Below the pieces are notes generated by a model. The model did not search any database. It saw only the letters and a program-made list of their open reading frames with translations, and was not told the origin of the DNA. DNA of 64,000 bases from Terriglobia bacterium (GTDB lineage: Bacteria; Acidobacteriota; Terriglobia; JAJPHL01; JAPKYU01): positions 1,408,001 through 1,472,000 of the forward strand of contig CBDBKE010000004.1 in NCBI GenBank assembly GCA_965206645.1. Direction: 5' to 3'. Below are positions 48,745 through 57,753 of the stretch, in pieces. Numbering within the stretch: position 1 is the stretch's first letter; every line of letters starts with the position of its first letter. A program made the translations under genes and the position numbers.

Positions 48745-49918
48745 ATGCGAGTAACGTTTTGGGGCGTGCGGGGTTCGATGCCAACCCCGCACCCACGCAC
48801 GCTAAAGTACGGCGGTAACACACCCTGCGTGGAGATTGAGACCCCGCAGGGGCACACCATCATTCTGGACTGTGGTACCGGCATCACCCACCTGGGCAAG
48901 CAGCTGACCGAGAATACACCCCCTAAAGGGCTGCATCTGATGGTCTTTCTGACCCACTTTCATTGGGACCATATCCAGGGCCTCCCCTTCTTCACACCTC
49001 TCTACGATCCTCGGACCCAGGTTTTCTTTCACTGCTTCGAGGCCCATGGACTCACAGCCAAGGACGCATTGGGTGGGCTGATGCTCACGCCGTTCTTCCC
49101 TGTGAACATGAGCATGATGAAGGGCGGCAAGAACTTTTACATCATCGGAGAGGAGCGGCTAAAGGTATTTGACGTGGAAATTTCCTCCCGCTACCTGAAC
49201 CGCCCGCAGGGCTGCCTGGGCTACCGGGTGGAGTCGGAAAATGGCGTCTTTGTCTACGCACCGATCACGAGCACGGCAATGCAACCCACGATGCCAGCAT
49301 CCGCAAGCTGGCTCAGGGAGCCGACATCCTGGTCTATGATGGCCAGTACACGCCGGCCGAATACCAGACCCATGTCGGCTGGGGGCATAGCACCTGGGAG
49401 GAAGGCATTCAGGTGGCCCAGGACGCCGACGTCAAGGAGTTGGTTCTGTTCACCACGACCCGGACCACTCCGACCTGTTTGTAGACAAGATGTTGCTGGA
49501 AGCCCGAGCGTGCTTTCCCCATGTGCATGCAGCCATCGAGGGCACCACGGTCAACTTTGAACGGCAAGAGCGGGGGGGCAGCTTTCGCGGACGTATGGAG
49601 CAACGCTATTCTCAGAGGGTCCCGTTGGAGCATCCTATCCGGGTCAGTTTGCAACGGGTCGGTCAGAGTGAGGGTGAAAAAACCACGCTGGGAGACCTAA
49701 GCCTGGATGGTTCCTTTTTCCTGGTGGGTCACGACTGGGATATCGGCACAGAACTGGATGTGGAGATTGAGGTTCCCGTTGGCAAGAAAGGCCCGACCAA
49801 GAAGCTGCACATGCGCGGCACCGTAGCTCGCAGCGAGAAGGTGGGGGGAAAGACCGGAATCGGCGTGAGTTTCCGCGCGCGGGCCTCCACTTCCGACACT
49901 TCCGACACTTCCGAGTAG
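48745..49918 (+). pseudogene. MBL-fold hydrolase fused to a C-terminal PilZ domain, interrupted by two single-base deletions (true pseudogene or assembly error)
   Basis: FWGVRGS, GGNTPC, THFHWDHIQG. Restoring one base at ~49259 gives ATDHE...YDGQY...GWGHSTWE; restoring one at ~49451 gives LFHHDPDH. The frame then reads on to RYSQR/DLSLDG. Confidence 0.8.
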
Positions 49919-50192
49919 TTATCTGTTTGACCGCCGTTGAACCCCCTTCGGGCAAGCCGGGGGAGAACGCCACCGCTACCGGCGAAAACTCGGACAAGTA
50001 AAGCTGGATAAGTCCAAGGTCGTCGCCGTCTTCGGTTCCGATGCCAAGTCCGACTACAACGTGAAGGTGCTGGAGCAGACCCCTGAGAAGATCGTCTTTA
50101 AGGTGCCCTCGGTGAAGCCGGCCAGTTATGACGTTTCTCTGCAAGTGCGCAACGAGATTCATATTCAGCCCGTTCGCTTCAACGTAGAGTAG
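49915..50192 (+). pseudogene. Truncated, frameshifted remnant of a small beta-sandwich (IPT/TIG-like) protein
   Basis: LTAVEPPSGKPGENATATGEN, then a shift to LDKSKVVAVF...KVLEQTPEKIVFKVPSVKPASYDV...QPVRFNVE*. No clear start or signal peptide. Confidence 0.5.
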
Positions 50193-50531
50193 GAACGTCC
50201 CAGGGCACGGAGTGCCCCGGGCGCGGATTCGAAGCCGCGCGTCCCATTCGGGACACGGATTTCATACCCGATCATGATTGACCGCCGAGCGCTCCCCCTT
50301 CGGCAGCGCGTGCAAGTCCGGCATTCGTATGCCGAGCGGAGAAGGGCGATGGCGTATGATTGTGCCGGTAGTGTAAGATTCCTCGAAATGGCTCTACGAT
50401 ACGGCGGTACGATTCAGCGTAAGCATCTTGATGATGGAAATCGAAGTAACGTTGCAGCAAGCAAGAAACGGTCCTGGAAACGAGGGCCGCATCGGCGAAA
50501 TCAAGAACCTTGGTAAAGAAAGGTAGGCGCC

Positions 50532-51113
50532 ATGGCACTGACGGAATCAACAATGGTCGGACTCGGGACAGCCGCTCCCGATTTCCAACTACCGGATGTG
50601 GTTTCGGGCAAAAGCATCAGCCTCCATAGCTTCGTCGCGGACAAAGCGCTCCTGGTGATGTTCGTCTGCCCCCACTGCCCCTACGTGCAGCATGTCAAGC
50701 ACGAACTGGGCCGGTTGGGAAAAGACTATGCCGGAAAGTCCCTCGGTATAGTGGCAATTTCGTCGAATGATGTCGCTCAATTCCCCGACGATGCCCCTGA
50801 CAAAATGAGGGAGATGGCAGTGGAGCTCGGGTTTCGTTTTCCCTTCTGTTACGACGAAAGCCAGCAAACGGCCAAAGCCTATACTGCGGCCTGCACGCCC
50901 GATTTCTTTCTTTTTGACCAGAAGCGCCGCCTCGTTTACCGGGGCCAGTTAGACGATAGCCGTCCCGACAGTCCGAAACCTATCACGGGCCGTGATCTGA
51001 GGACCGCGATGGACGCAGCACTCGCGGGCCAAGCAGTCCACTCGGACCAGAAACCCAGCCTTGGCTGCAACATCAAATGGAAGCAGGGAAACGAGCCACC
51101 GTATTACAAATAG
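50532..51113 (+). CDS. Thioredoxin-family (AhpC/TSA-like) protein
   Basis: APDFQLPD, CPHCPYV, SSND, AACTPDFF, YRGQLDD, PSLGCNIKW. Confidence 0.92.
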   Translation: MALTESTMVGLGTAAPDFQLPDVVSGKSISLHSFVADKALLVMFVCPHCPYVQHVKHELGRLGKDYAGKSLGIVAISSNDVAQFPDDAPDKMREMAVELGFRFPFCYDESQQTAKAYTAACTPDFFLFDQKRRLVYRGQLDDSRPDSPKPITGRDLRTAMDAALAGQAVHSDQKPSLGCNIKWKQGNEPPYYK

Positions 51114-51209
51114 GCTTTGAAATATGAGTGAAAACGAGCCGGTTTTAACTCGTATACGAAGCGCGTGGTTGTCCAAACCAACCAGGCGCGCTTGAAAGGA
51201 GCCTTTCGC

Positions 51210-52097
51210 ATGAACGTACGTATTGGCACGTCCCCCGATTCCTGGGGGGTTTGGTTTGGGAGCGATCCGAAACAGATTCCGTGGCAGCGGTATCTGGACG
51301 AGGCGGTGATTGCCGGTTACGAGTGGACCGAACTGGGGCCCTACGGGTACCTGCCCACCGACGTGTCCCAGTTGCGCGGCGAACTGGAGCGCCGGGGGCT
51401 CAAGGTGCCTGCCGGCTTCGCCATAGGACGTCTGGATGACCCTGCGCAGTGGACCAAGTTAGAACGCGAGGTGGTCGGGGTTTGTGAGAGCCTCCGCGCC
51501 TTGGGCGGACGCTTTGCCATCCTGATCGACGACCTTTACACGAACCCTTTCACTGGCGAACATATCGCTCCGGCGAAGCTGGATTCAGACGGCTGGAAAC
51601 GGCTGATCGACAACACTCACCGGGTTGCCGATATCGTGCACGACCAGTACCGATTGAAAATGGTGTTCCATCCGCACGCCGAGACGCATGTAGAGTACGA
51701 AGACCAGATTGAGGTTTTCCTGGAGCAGACCGATCCCAATCGCGTTTTCCTCTGCCTGGATCCGGGCCATCATGCCTATCGCGGCGGCGATCCAGTCCGC
51801 TTCATGCGGCGGCACCACCAGCGGATCCCCTACATGCACCTGAAAAGCGTGGACCCTGAACTGCAAAAGAAAGTGGAAGCCGAGAAGATCCCCTTCGCCC
51901 ACGCGGTGGCCATGAATTTGTTCTGCGAGCCATCCGTCGGCGCAGTGGACTTTCCCGCGTTCCGCGACGTTCTCCGCGAGATTGATTTTGACGGCTGGGC
52001 CACAGTAGAGCAGGACATGTACCCGGCTCCCTTCGACAAGCCGCTGCCGATCGCCAAGCGGACCCGTGAATACTTGCGGGAAATCGGAATCGGATGA
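51210..52097 (+). CDS. IolE-like sugar phosphate isomerase/epimerase (TIM barrel)
   Basis: PDSWGVWF, ELGPYGYLP, FHPHA, LDPGH, HLK, VEQD. Confidence 0.85.
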   Translation: MNVRIGTSPDSWGVWFGSDPKQIPWQRYLDEAVIAGYEWTELGPYGYLPTDVSQLRGELERRGLKVPAGFAIGRLDDPAQWTKLEREVVGVCESLRALGGRFAILIDDLYTNPFTGEHIAPAKLDSDGWKRLIDNTHRVADIVHDQYRLKMVFHPHAETHVEYEDQIEVFLEQTDPNRVFLCLDPGHHAYRGGDPVRFMRRHHQRIPYMHLKSVDPELQKKVEAEKIPFAHAVAMNLFCEPSVGAVDFPAFRDVLREIDFDGWATVEQDMYPAPFDKPLPIAKRTREYLREIGIG

Positions 52098-52203
52098 AAC
52101 TGGGGCCGGCACAGGGACGAGAGGGCAGCGCGCCGGCCTCTGGACAAACCAGAGAGCTGATCAGAAACGTGACCGTGCGGCCTCATGCAGAAAGGCGGCT
52201 CAG

Positions 52204-53214
52204 GTGAAACTTGGTGTAATTACGCTCAACCTGGGAAACTTCGAGTTCGAAGAGGGCCTACAGTATGCCCAGAAGCTTGGGTTGCAGGCTCTCGAGGTTG
52301 GAGGCATTGGACTCTGGCCCAAGAAGTACTGCGACCCGGACAAGCTTGTTCGGGACAAAGGCGAGGTCGACCGATGGCTGGACGCGTTCGCCCGCCATGA
52401 CCTCGAAATCAGTGCGCTGGGCGGACACGGAGCTCCTCTCACGCCGGACAAAAAGGCCGCCGCAGAGTATTCGCGCCAGTTTCGGCAAGCGTGCAAGCTG
52501 GCAGAAATGTCCGGGATTAAGCGAATGACGCTATTCGCGGGCCTGCCGGAAGGCGCCGAAGGGGACACGGCTCCGAACTGGGTCGCCTTTATCGAGTGGC
52601 CCTTCTTGCGTGACACCTTGGAGTGGCAATGGGAGAAGCGGCTTCTTCCCTACTGGCGAGAGCACGGGAAGATCGCCAGCGATCACGGGCTGACGCTCTG
52701 CTTCGAGATGCACGGCGGGGATCTGATTTACAATCCGCCGACCATGAAGAGGCTGCGAGAGGAGATCGGCCCGGTCGCCGCGTGCAATTTCGACACCTCA
52801 CAGATGTGGTTCCAGGGAATTGACCCGGTTGAGGCACTTCATGACCTGGGTTCGCTGGTGCAGCACGTTCATGCCAAGGACACACTGATCCATGATCATC
52901 ACGCCCGGGTTCGTGGTCTGATGGACTCGGCCAGTTTCGAGCAGCCTGCGAATCGCGCCTGGACCTACACGATACCCGGTTGGGGACATGACCAGATTAC
53001 CTGGCGCCAGTTCGTTGTGACGCTTCGATTGATCGGCTACGACCATGTGCTCTCAATCGAAATGGAGTGCGAATACATGGAGATGGCGGAGGGTCTGGAA
53101 AAGTCGGTCTCCTTCCTCAAGCCGATCTTGCTGGAGCAGCCCACAACCTCCAGGTGGTGGAAGGTTGCACAGCATGGGAGGGCCGGCAGCCTCTCGCAGG
53201 ACAGCATCGGCTAA
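52204..53214 (+). CDS. Sugar phosphate isomerase/epimerase (TIM barrel), paralog of 40485..41453
   Basis: EWQW..PYW, EMHGG, NFDTS..WFQG, HVHAKD, LSIE. Confidence 0.85.
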   Translation: MKLGVITLNLGNFEFEEGLQYAQKLGLQALEVGGIGLWPKKYCDPDKLVRDKGEVDRWLDAFARHDLEISALGGHGAPLTPDKKAAAEYSRQFRQACKLAEMSGIKRMTLFAGLPEGAEGDTAPNWVAFIEWPFLRDTLEWQWEKRLLPYWREHGKIASDHGLTLCFEMHGGDLIYNPPTMKRLREEIGPVAACNFDTSQMWFQGIDPVEALHDLGSLVQHVHAKDTLIHDHHARVRGLMDSASFEQPANRAWTYTIPGWGHDQITWRQFVVTLRLIGYDHVLSIEMECEYMEMAEGLEKSVSFLKPILLEQPTTSRWWKVAQHGRAGSLSQDSIG

Positions 53215-53359
53215 TGGCGAGCCCGCAGTGTGCTCGGCCACGAATCGATTCCCATTACGATTCCGCGATGCTGACAAAAGATCCCGAACGTCAGCCGCCC
53301 GTTCGGATTTCAGGCAACTAAGCTAGGGAAGCGGAGCGCGGCGAGAAAAGCGTGAAGTT

Positions 53360-54493
53360 CTAGGAAGTATCCAGGTTCCCAGCCCAGAACGAACTGATCA
53401 GCCGGTTGACTTTGGCGGAAGCTTCCATCTGCACCATGTGGCCGCTTCCGGCAATGATCTCGGTGCGGACGTTTCCTGGCAGGCCCTGCGCTTGGGACAC
53501 GGGAATAACACGGTCTTCCCCGCCCCAAATCACCAGAATGGGCACCGACAACTCGCCGAGCCGATCGCGAAACACACCGGCTTGCCGCCCACCGGGACAG
53601 AACTGAGCGGCGATCGTACGCAAGGCTAGGTCAACCCCGTCGAGGCGTTTGTACTTGAGAATGTCGTCGACGAGCTGTCGGCTGACCAGCGACGGATTGG
53701 CGAACAGCTTCTCAAGGTGCGGCTTGATGTCCTTGCGCCTCTCGGCCTTGAGGAAACCATTGATGTAATCCCCGTCAATCTCTGGACCCAGTCCGCCGCT
53801 GGCGATCAGCACGAGCGACAAGGTGCGGTCGGGGTGGGCCAGAGCAAACTGCAGGGCAATCGCTCCCCCCATCGAGTGACCTGCCAGGTGAGCTTTGGGT
53901 GCCGTCACGGCGTCCATAAAGCCGCCTAGCGCTTGGGCGAACTCCACGAGGATGCCGTCGCCGACGTTTTTCGATGAGCCGCCATGCCCCGGTAGGTCCA
54001 GGGCATAGACGGCGCGATTTGCGGACAGCGACTCGTGATTGAACAGCCAGTTGTTGAGGTCGCCTCCGAAGCCGTGAATCAGGATGGCCGGCTCTCCACC
54101 TTCCCCGCGCCTCAGATAGCGCACGGTCTGGCCATAGACTTCCTCCATCTCCGGCTTGGGACCGGCAATTTCTTCCCCGGCCTCCTCGGGTACAAAAGTG
54201 GCTTGAAAGTCAGCGATGAAGGCGTCGATTTCCGAGTCGGGAACCGAAGCGTCGGCGATCACCGCGACGAGGCCAGCGACCGGCACCACCTGGCCTGGCT
54301 TGGCCACCTTGCGGCGCAGGATGCCTGCCTGGGGTGCTTCCAGTGCGCTTGCGATCTTCTCGGTCTCGATCTCGACTACCTCAATCCCCGGCTGGACCTC
54401 GGTCCCCTCCTCCACCAGCCAGTCGCCGACCTTGCCCTCCCTCATGGAGAGTCCCCATTTGGGCATGGTGAGCTTCTGGATGCCGGCGCTCAT
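53360..54493 (-). CDS. acoC: Acetoin dehydrogenase AcoC (lipoyl domain + alpha/beta hydrolase)
   Basis: MPKWGLSM..EIETEK lipoyl domain; HGFGGD, GHSMGG, GHMVQME. Confidence 0.9.
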   Translation of the reverse strand: MSAGIQKLTMPKWGLSMREGKVGDWLVEEGTEVQPGIEVVEIETEKIASALEAPQAGILRRKVAKPGQVVPVAGLVAVIADASVPDSEIDAFIADFQATFVPEEAGEEIAGPKPEMEEVYGQTVRYLRRGEGGEPAILIHGFGGDLNNWLFNHESLSANRAVYALDLPGHGGSSKNVGDGILVEFAQALGGFMDAVTAPKAHLAGHSMGGAIALQFALAHPDRTLSLVLIASGGLGPEIDGDYINGFLKAERRKDIKPHLEKLFANPSLVSRQLVDDILKYKRLDGVDLALRTIAAQFCPGGRQAGVFRDRLGELSVPILVIWGGEDRVIPVSQAQGLPGNVRTEIIAGSGHMVQMEASAKVNRLISSFWAGNLDTS

Positions 54494-55494
54494 CGCACCA
54501 CATCGCGAACCGCCGCGGCGATCCGGCTGGCATCAGGGATGTAGAGGTTCTCGAGGGTGTCACTGAAGGGCACCGGCGTGTGGGGAGGGGTTACCATCTT
54601 GATCGGGGCCTTGAGCGAGGCGAAACCGTTCTGGGCGACGATGGCCGAGATGTCGGTCGCCATGTTGCAGCGTGGATATGCCTCATCCACCACGACCAGG
54701 TGGCCCGTCTTCTCCACGCTTTCCAGGATAGCGTCCTCATCCAGCGGCGAGGTGGTTCGGGGATCGATGATTTCGCACTCGATCTTTTCCCCGGCCAGCG
54801 CCGCCGCGGCTTCCGAGGCCATGTGGACCATCCGGCCGAAGGCAACGATCGTTACGTCCTCGCCTTCTCGCACGAAACTGGCTTCGCCGAAAGGCACCGT
54901 GTAGGACTCCTCGGGAACCTCGCCCTCGATCGAGTAGAGCATCTTGTGCTCGCAGAACAGGACCGGATCGTTGTCACGTATTGCCTGAATGAGGAGCCCC
55001 TTGGCGTCGTAGGGAGTTGTCGGGATGACGCATTTCAGCCCCGGGATATGGGTGAAGATCGGGTACAGGCACTGGGAATGCTGGGCGGCGGCGCGAAGGC
55101 CAGCACCGATCATGCTACGGATCACCACCGGAGTGGTGGCCTTGCCGCCAAACATATAGCGGAACTTCGCGGCCTGATTGTAGATCTGGTCGAAACAGAC
55201 GCCCATGAAGTCGGCGAACATCAGCTCGACCACCGGCCTCAGTCCCGCAGTGGCCGCGCCGATGGCGGCGCCGACAAAGGCCGACTCGCTGATCGGCGTG
55301 TCCATGACGCGGTCGCCGAACTTGTCCCACAACCCCTTGGTCACGCCGAGCGGGCCGCCCCAGGAGTCCATCTCGACATCGGTCCCGCTGCCTCCGGCAA
55401 CGTCTTCGCCTATGACCACAACCGTCCTATCCCGCTCCATCTCCTGCGTCAGGGCCTCGTTGATTGCCTGCTTGAAGCTGATTTTCCTAGCCAT
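54490..55494 (-). CDS. acoB: Acetoin dehydrogenase E1 beta
   Basis: GEDV, DTPISE, NQAAKFRYMFGG, AAQHSQ. Confidence 0.92.
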   Translation of the reverse strand: MARKISFKQAINEALTQEMERDRTVVVIGEDVAGGSGTDVEMDSWGGPLGVTKGLWDKFGDRVMDTPISESAFVGAAIGAATAGLRPVVELMFADFMGVCFDQIYNQAAKFRYMFGGKATTPVVIRSMIGAGLRAAAQHSQCLYPIFTHIPGLKCVIPTTPYDAKGLLIQAIRDNDPVLFCEHKMLYSIEGEVPEESYTVPFGEASFVREGEDVTIVAFGRMVHMASEAAAALAGEKIECEIIDPRTTSPLDEDAILESVEKTGHLVVVDEAYPRCNMATDISAIVAQNGFASLKAPIKMVTPPHTPVPFSDTLENLYIPDASRIAAAVRDVVR

Positions 55495-55529
55495 TTCGTG
55501 CCTTTAGGTTTCGATCAGGTGTTGGCCAT

Positions 55530-56498
55530 TCAGTAGGACTCGTAGACGTCGGTTAACAAATCGGCCGTGACCGGCTTGGGGGCTTTCTTGGCTTGAGTCA
55601 CAGCATCCTCGATCAGCGCTGCTGACTCCTGGTCGATTTTCTTCAGCTCTGTCGGGTCGACTAGCCCGGCCGCGGTGAGTTTCTTCGCGAGGTTGGTGAG
55701 GCAGTCGCGGGACTCGCGAATCTTTTTCACCTCATCGGGTTGGCGGTAGGTTTGCGCGTCACCTTCGAAGTGCCCGAAGTAGCGGTTCACCTTGCATTCG
55801 ATCAGCGTCGGTCCCCCTCCCTCGCGAGCGCGCCGGATCGCTTCGCCGGCGGCTTCGTACACAGCGAAGAAGTCGTGACCGTCCACCGTTACGCCCGGCA
55901 TGTTGAAACCGTTCGCCCGATCCGCGATGTCCTGGCACGCGACCGAGTACTTGCAAGATGTGGCCTCGGCATACCCGTTGTTCTCGATCACGAAGATGCA
56001 CGGCAGCTTCCAGATCGACGACAGGTTCAGGCTCTCCAACAGGGTGCCCTGGTTTGAGCCTCCATCGCCAATGAAGCCTACGGCGACGTTCCTGGTGCCC
56101 AGCTTCTTCGCCGCCAACCCAGCGCCGCAGACCAACGGCGCCCCGCCGCCCACGATGCCATTGGCGCCCATCATCCCTTTCTCTAGATCCGCGATGTGCA
56201 TCGAGCCGCCCTTGCCTCCACACAGCCCGTTCTTCCTGCCGTAAATCTCGGCCATCATGCCGTGGGCGTCGCAGCCCTTGGCCAGGCAATGGCCATGGCC
56301 CCGGTGCGTACTGGCGATCTTGTCATCATCGCTGAGGTGCATACAGACCCCGACCGCGATCGCTTCCTCGCCAGCGTAGAGATGGACGAATCCTGGAATT
56401 TCGCCGGTGGCGAACTCGATGTGGATCCGCTCTTCAAACTCCCGGATTGTTTTCATGGTCCGGTAGGCTTTCAGTAGCTCGTCCTTACCGAGCTGCAT
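55530..56498 (-). CDS. acoA: Acetoin dehydrogenase E1 alpha
   Basis: PGFVHLYAGEEA, STHRGHGH, GKGGSMH, GDG..NN, GHFEGD. Confidence 0.92.
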   Translation of the reverse strand: MQLGKDELLKAYRTMKTIREFEERIHIEFATGEIPGFVHLYAGEEAIAVGVCMHLSDDDKIASTHRGHGHCLAKGCDAHGMMAEIYGRKNGLCGGKGGSMHIADLEKGMMGANGIVGGGAPLVCGAGLAAKKLGTRNVAVGFIGDGGSNQGTLLESLNLSSIWKLPCIFVIENNGYAEATSCKYSVACQDIADRANGFNMPGVTVDGHDFFAVYEAAGEAIRRAREGGGPTLIECKVNRYFGHFEGDAQTYRQPDEVKKIRESRDCLTNLAKKLTAAGLVDPTELKKIDQESAALIEDAVTQAKKAPKPVTADLLTDVYESY

Positions 56499-57591
56499 GT
56501 GTCACACTCCTCTCTTCTGCCGGCCTGTGATCGCCCGGCCCGTGGTTGCCCGGACCCTGACGCTGTGCCAACAGGCCGTCTTTTGCAGCCCGGGCCATCA
56601 CCCGGTCGATGTCGATCGTCAGGGGGCCGTCAGTCTGCAGTTGGATGGTGACCCGGTCGTCCGGTCCGAATTCTATTTCCCGCTCCCCGTCGATCGCGAC
56701 CACCCCGCGCGGTGTCTCTACCCTCTGAGGTTCCCCCGGATGAATTTCGTGAACGGCGGCGATTCCGACGCGCACGATCAATCCGGGCGCGATGGGCGCC
56801 ACCAGTGTGGTTGATGCCGCTTCGGGCGGTGCGAGATCAACGCGTAGCCCGTAAGCAGCGCTCCGAGAAACCGGACGGAGGAGCCCGGCGATCGAAGAGA
56901 GTCCAATGGCGTTTGTTTCGGAAAAGGCAACGAAAATCTGGCTCAGAGCCTCGGGCCGCCACAAAGCCTTGGACCCAATCCACAGATCCCTGGAAATCGA
57001 GACGTCCACCACTGCGAGCTCGCGCGAGGCGCCGTTGATCTCCACCCGCAACACTTTGTTGCGGACCACTGCTTCAGCTAGGGAAACCCGAGCGGCGGCC
57101 ACCAGGCCGGTGGCCAAGCCGGCGATCGTCGCCTCGCGGATTGCTGGAAAGACATTGTTGGTGCCAGTGGATAACGCCGTGATGGGTGTCTCCCCGCAGG
57201 CCATCGCCACGAGCCGGTGTGTGCCATCGCCACCGAGCACCACGATGGCCCCGACCTGGGCCGCGACCATGCGCTCGACCGCATGCACGGTGTCGAGCGG
57301 TCCCGCTTCGATCGGCATGCCCAAGAAGACAACCTCGGGCCACGGCGCCTCGGCCGGGCGGTGAGTCGCAACAGCCTGACGCACTCGGTCGGCAATGCCA
57401 TCCACGTCCGGCATCATCAATACCCGGCCGATGCCGACTGCGCCCAAGGCCGACAGTAGCCGGGTGATCATGTTGCACTTTTCGGCAAGGTGGAACACCG
57501 ATGCCTGCGCAACCAAACGACGGATGTCCCGCCCCGACGCCGGGTTTGCCAGAATGCCGACCGCCGTCTCACGCGCGAAGGATTTTGCCAC
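56485..57591 (-). CDS. acoX: AcoX (ATP-NAD kinase-like acetoin catabolism protein)
   Basis: GILANPASGRDIRRLV, LGGDGT, STGTNNVFP, DGERE. Start chosen at GTG 57591 is uncertain. Confidence 0.85.
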   Translation of the reverse strand: MAKSFARETAVGILANPASGRDIRRLVAQASVFHLAEKCNMITRLLSALGAVGIGRVLMMPDVDGIADRVRQAVATHRPAEAPWPEVVFLGMPIEAGPLDTVHAVERMVAAQVGAIVVLGGDGTHRLVAMACGETPITALSTGTNNVFPAIREATIAGLATGLVAAARVSLAEAVVRNKVLRVEINGASRELAVVDVSISRDLWIGSKALWRPEALSQIFVAFSETNAIGLSSIAGLLRPVSRSAAYGLRVDLAPPEAASTTLVAPIAPGLIVRVGIAAVHEIHPGEPQRVETPRGVVAIDGEREIEFGPDDRVTIQLQTDGPLTIDIDRVMARAAKDGLLAQRQGPGNHGPGDHRPAEERSVTHAAR

Positions 57592-57753
57592 GTCTTGCGA
57601 GTTGCCCAAGTGCAGTGGTTCGCTGTCTCTCTTTCTAGTATTGGCCGGTATTGGCCCCCAATTGTTGCACTTCGAGTTACGCCTGTCCAGACTGTCCTGA
57701 AAACCCATCCGCAGACCCACAGCCCAGGCTTTTGCCGCCCGCACGCGTCCGAT

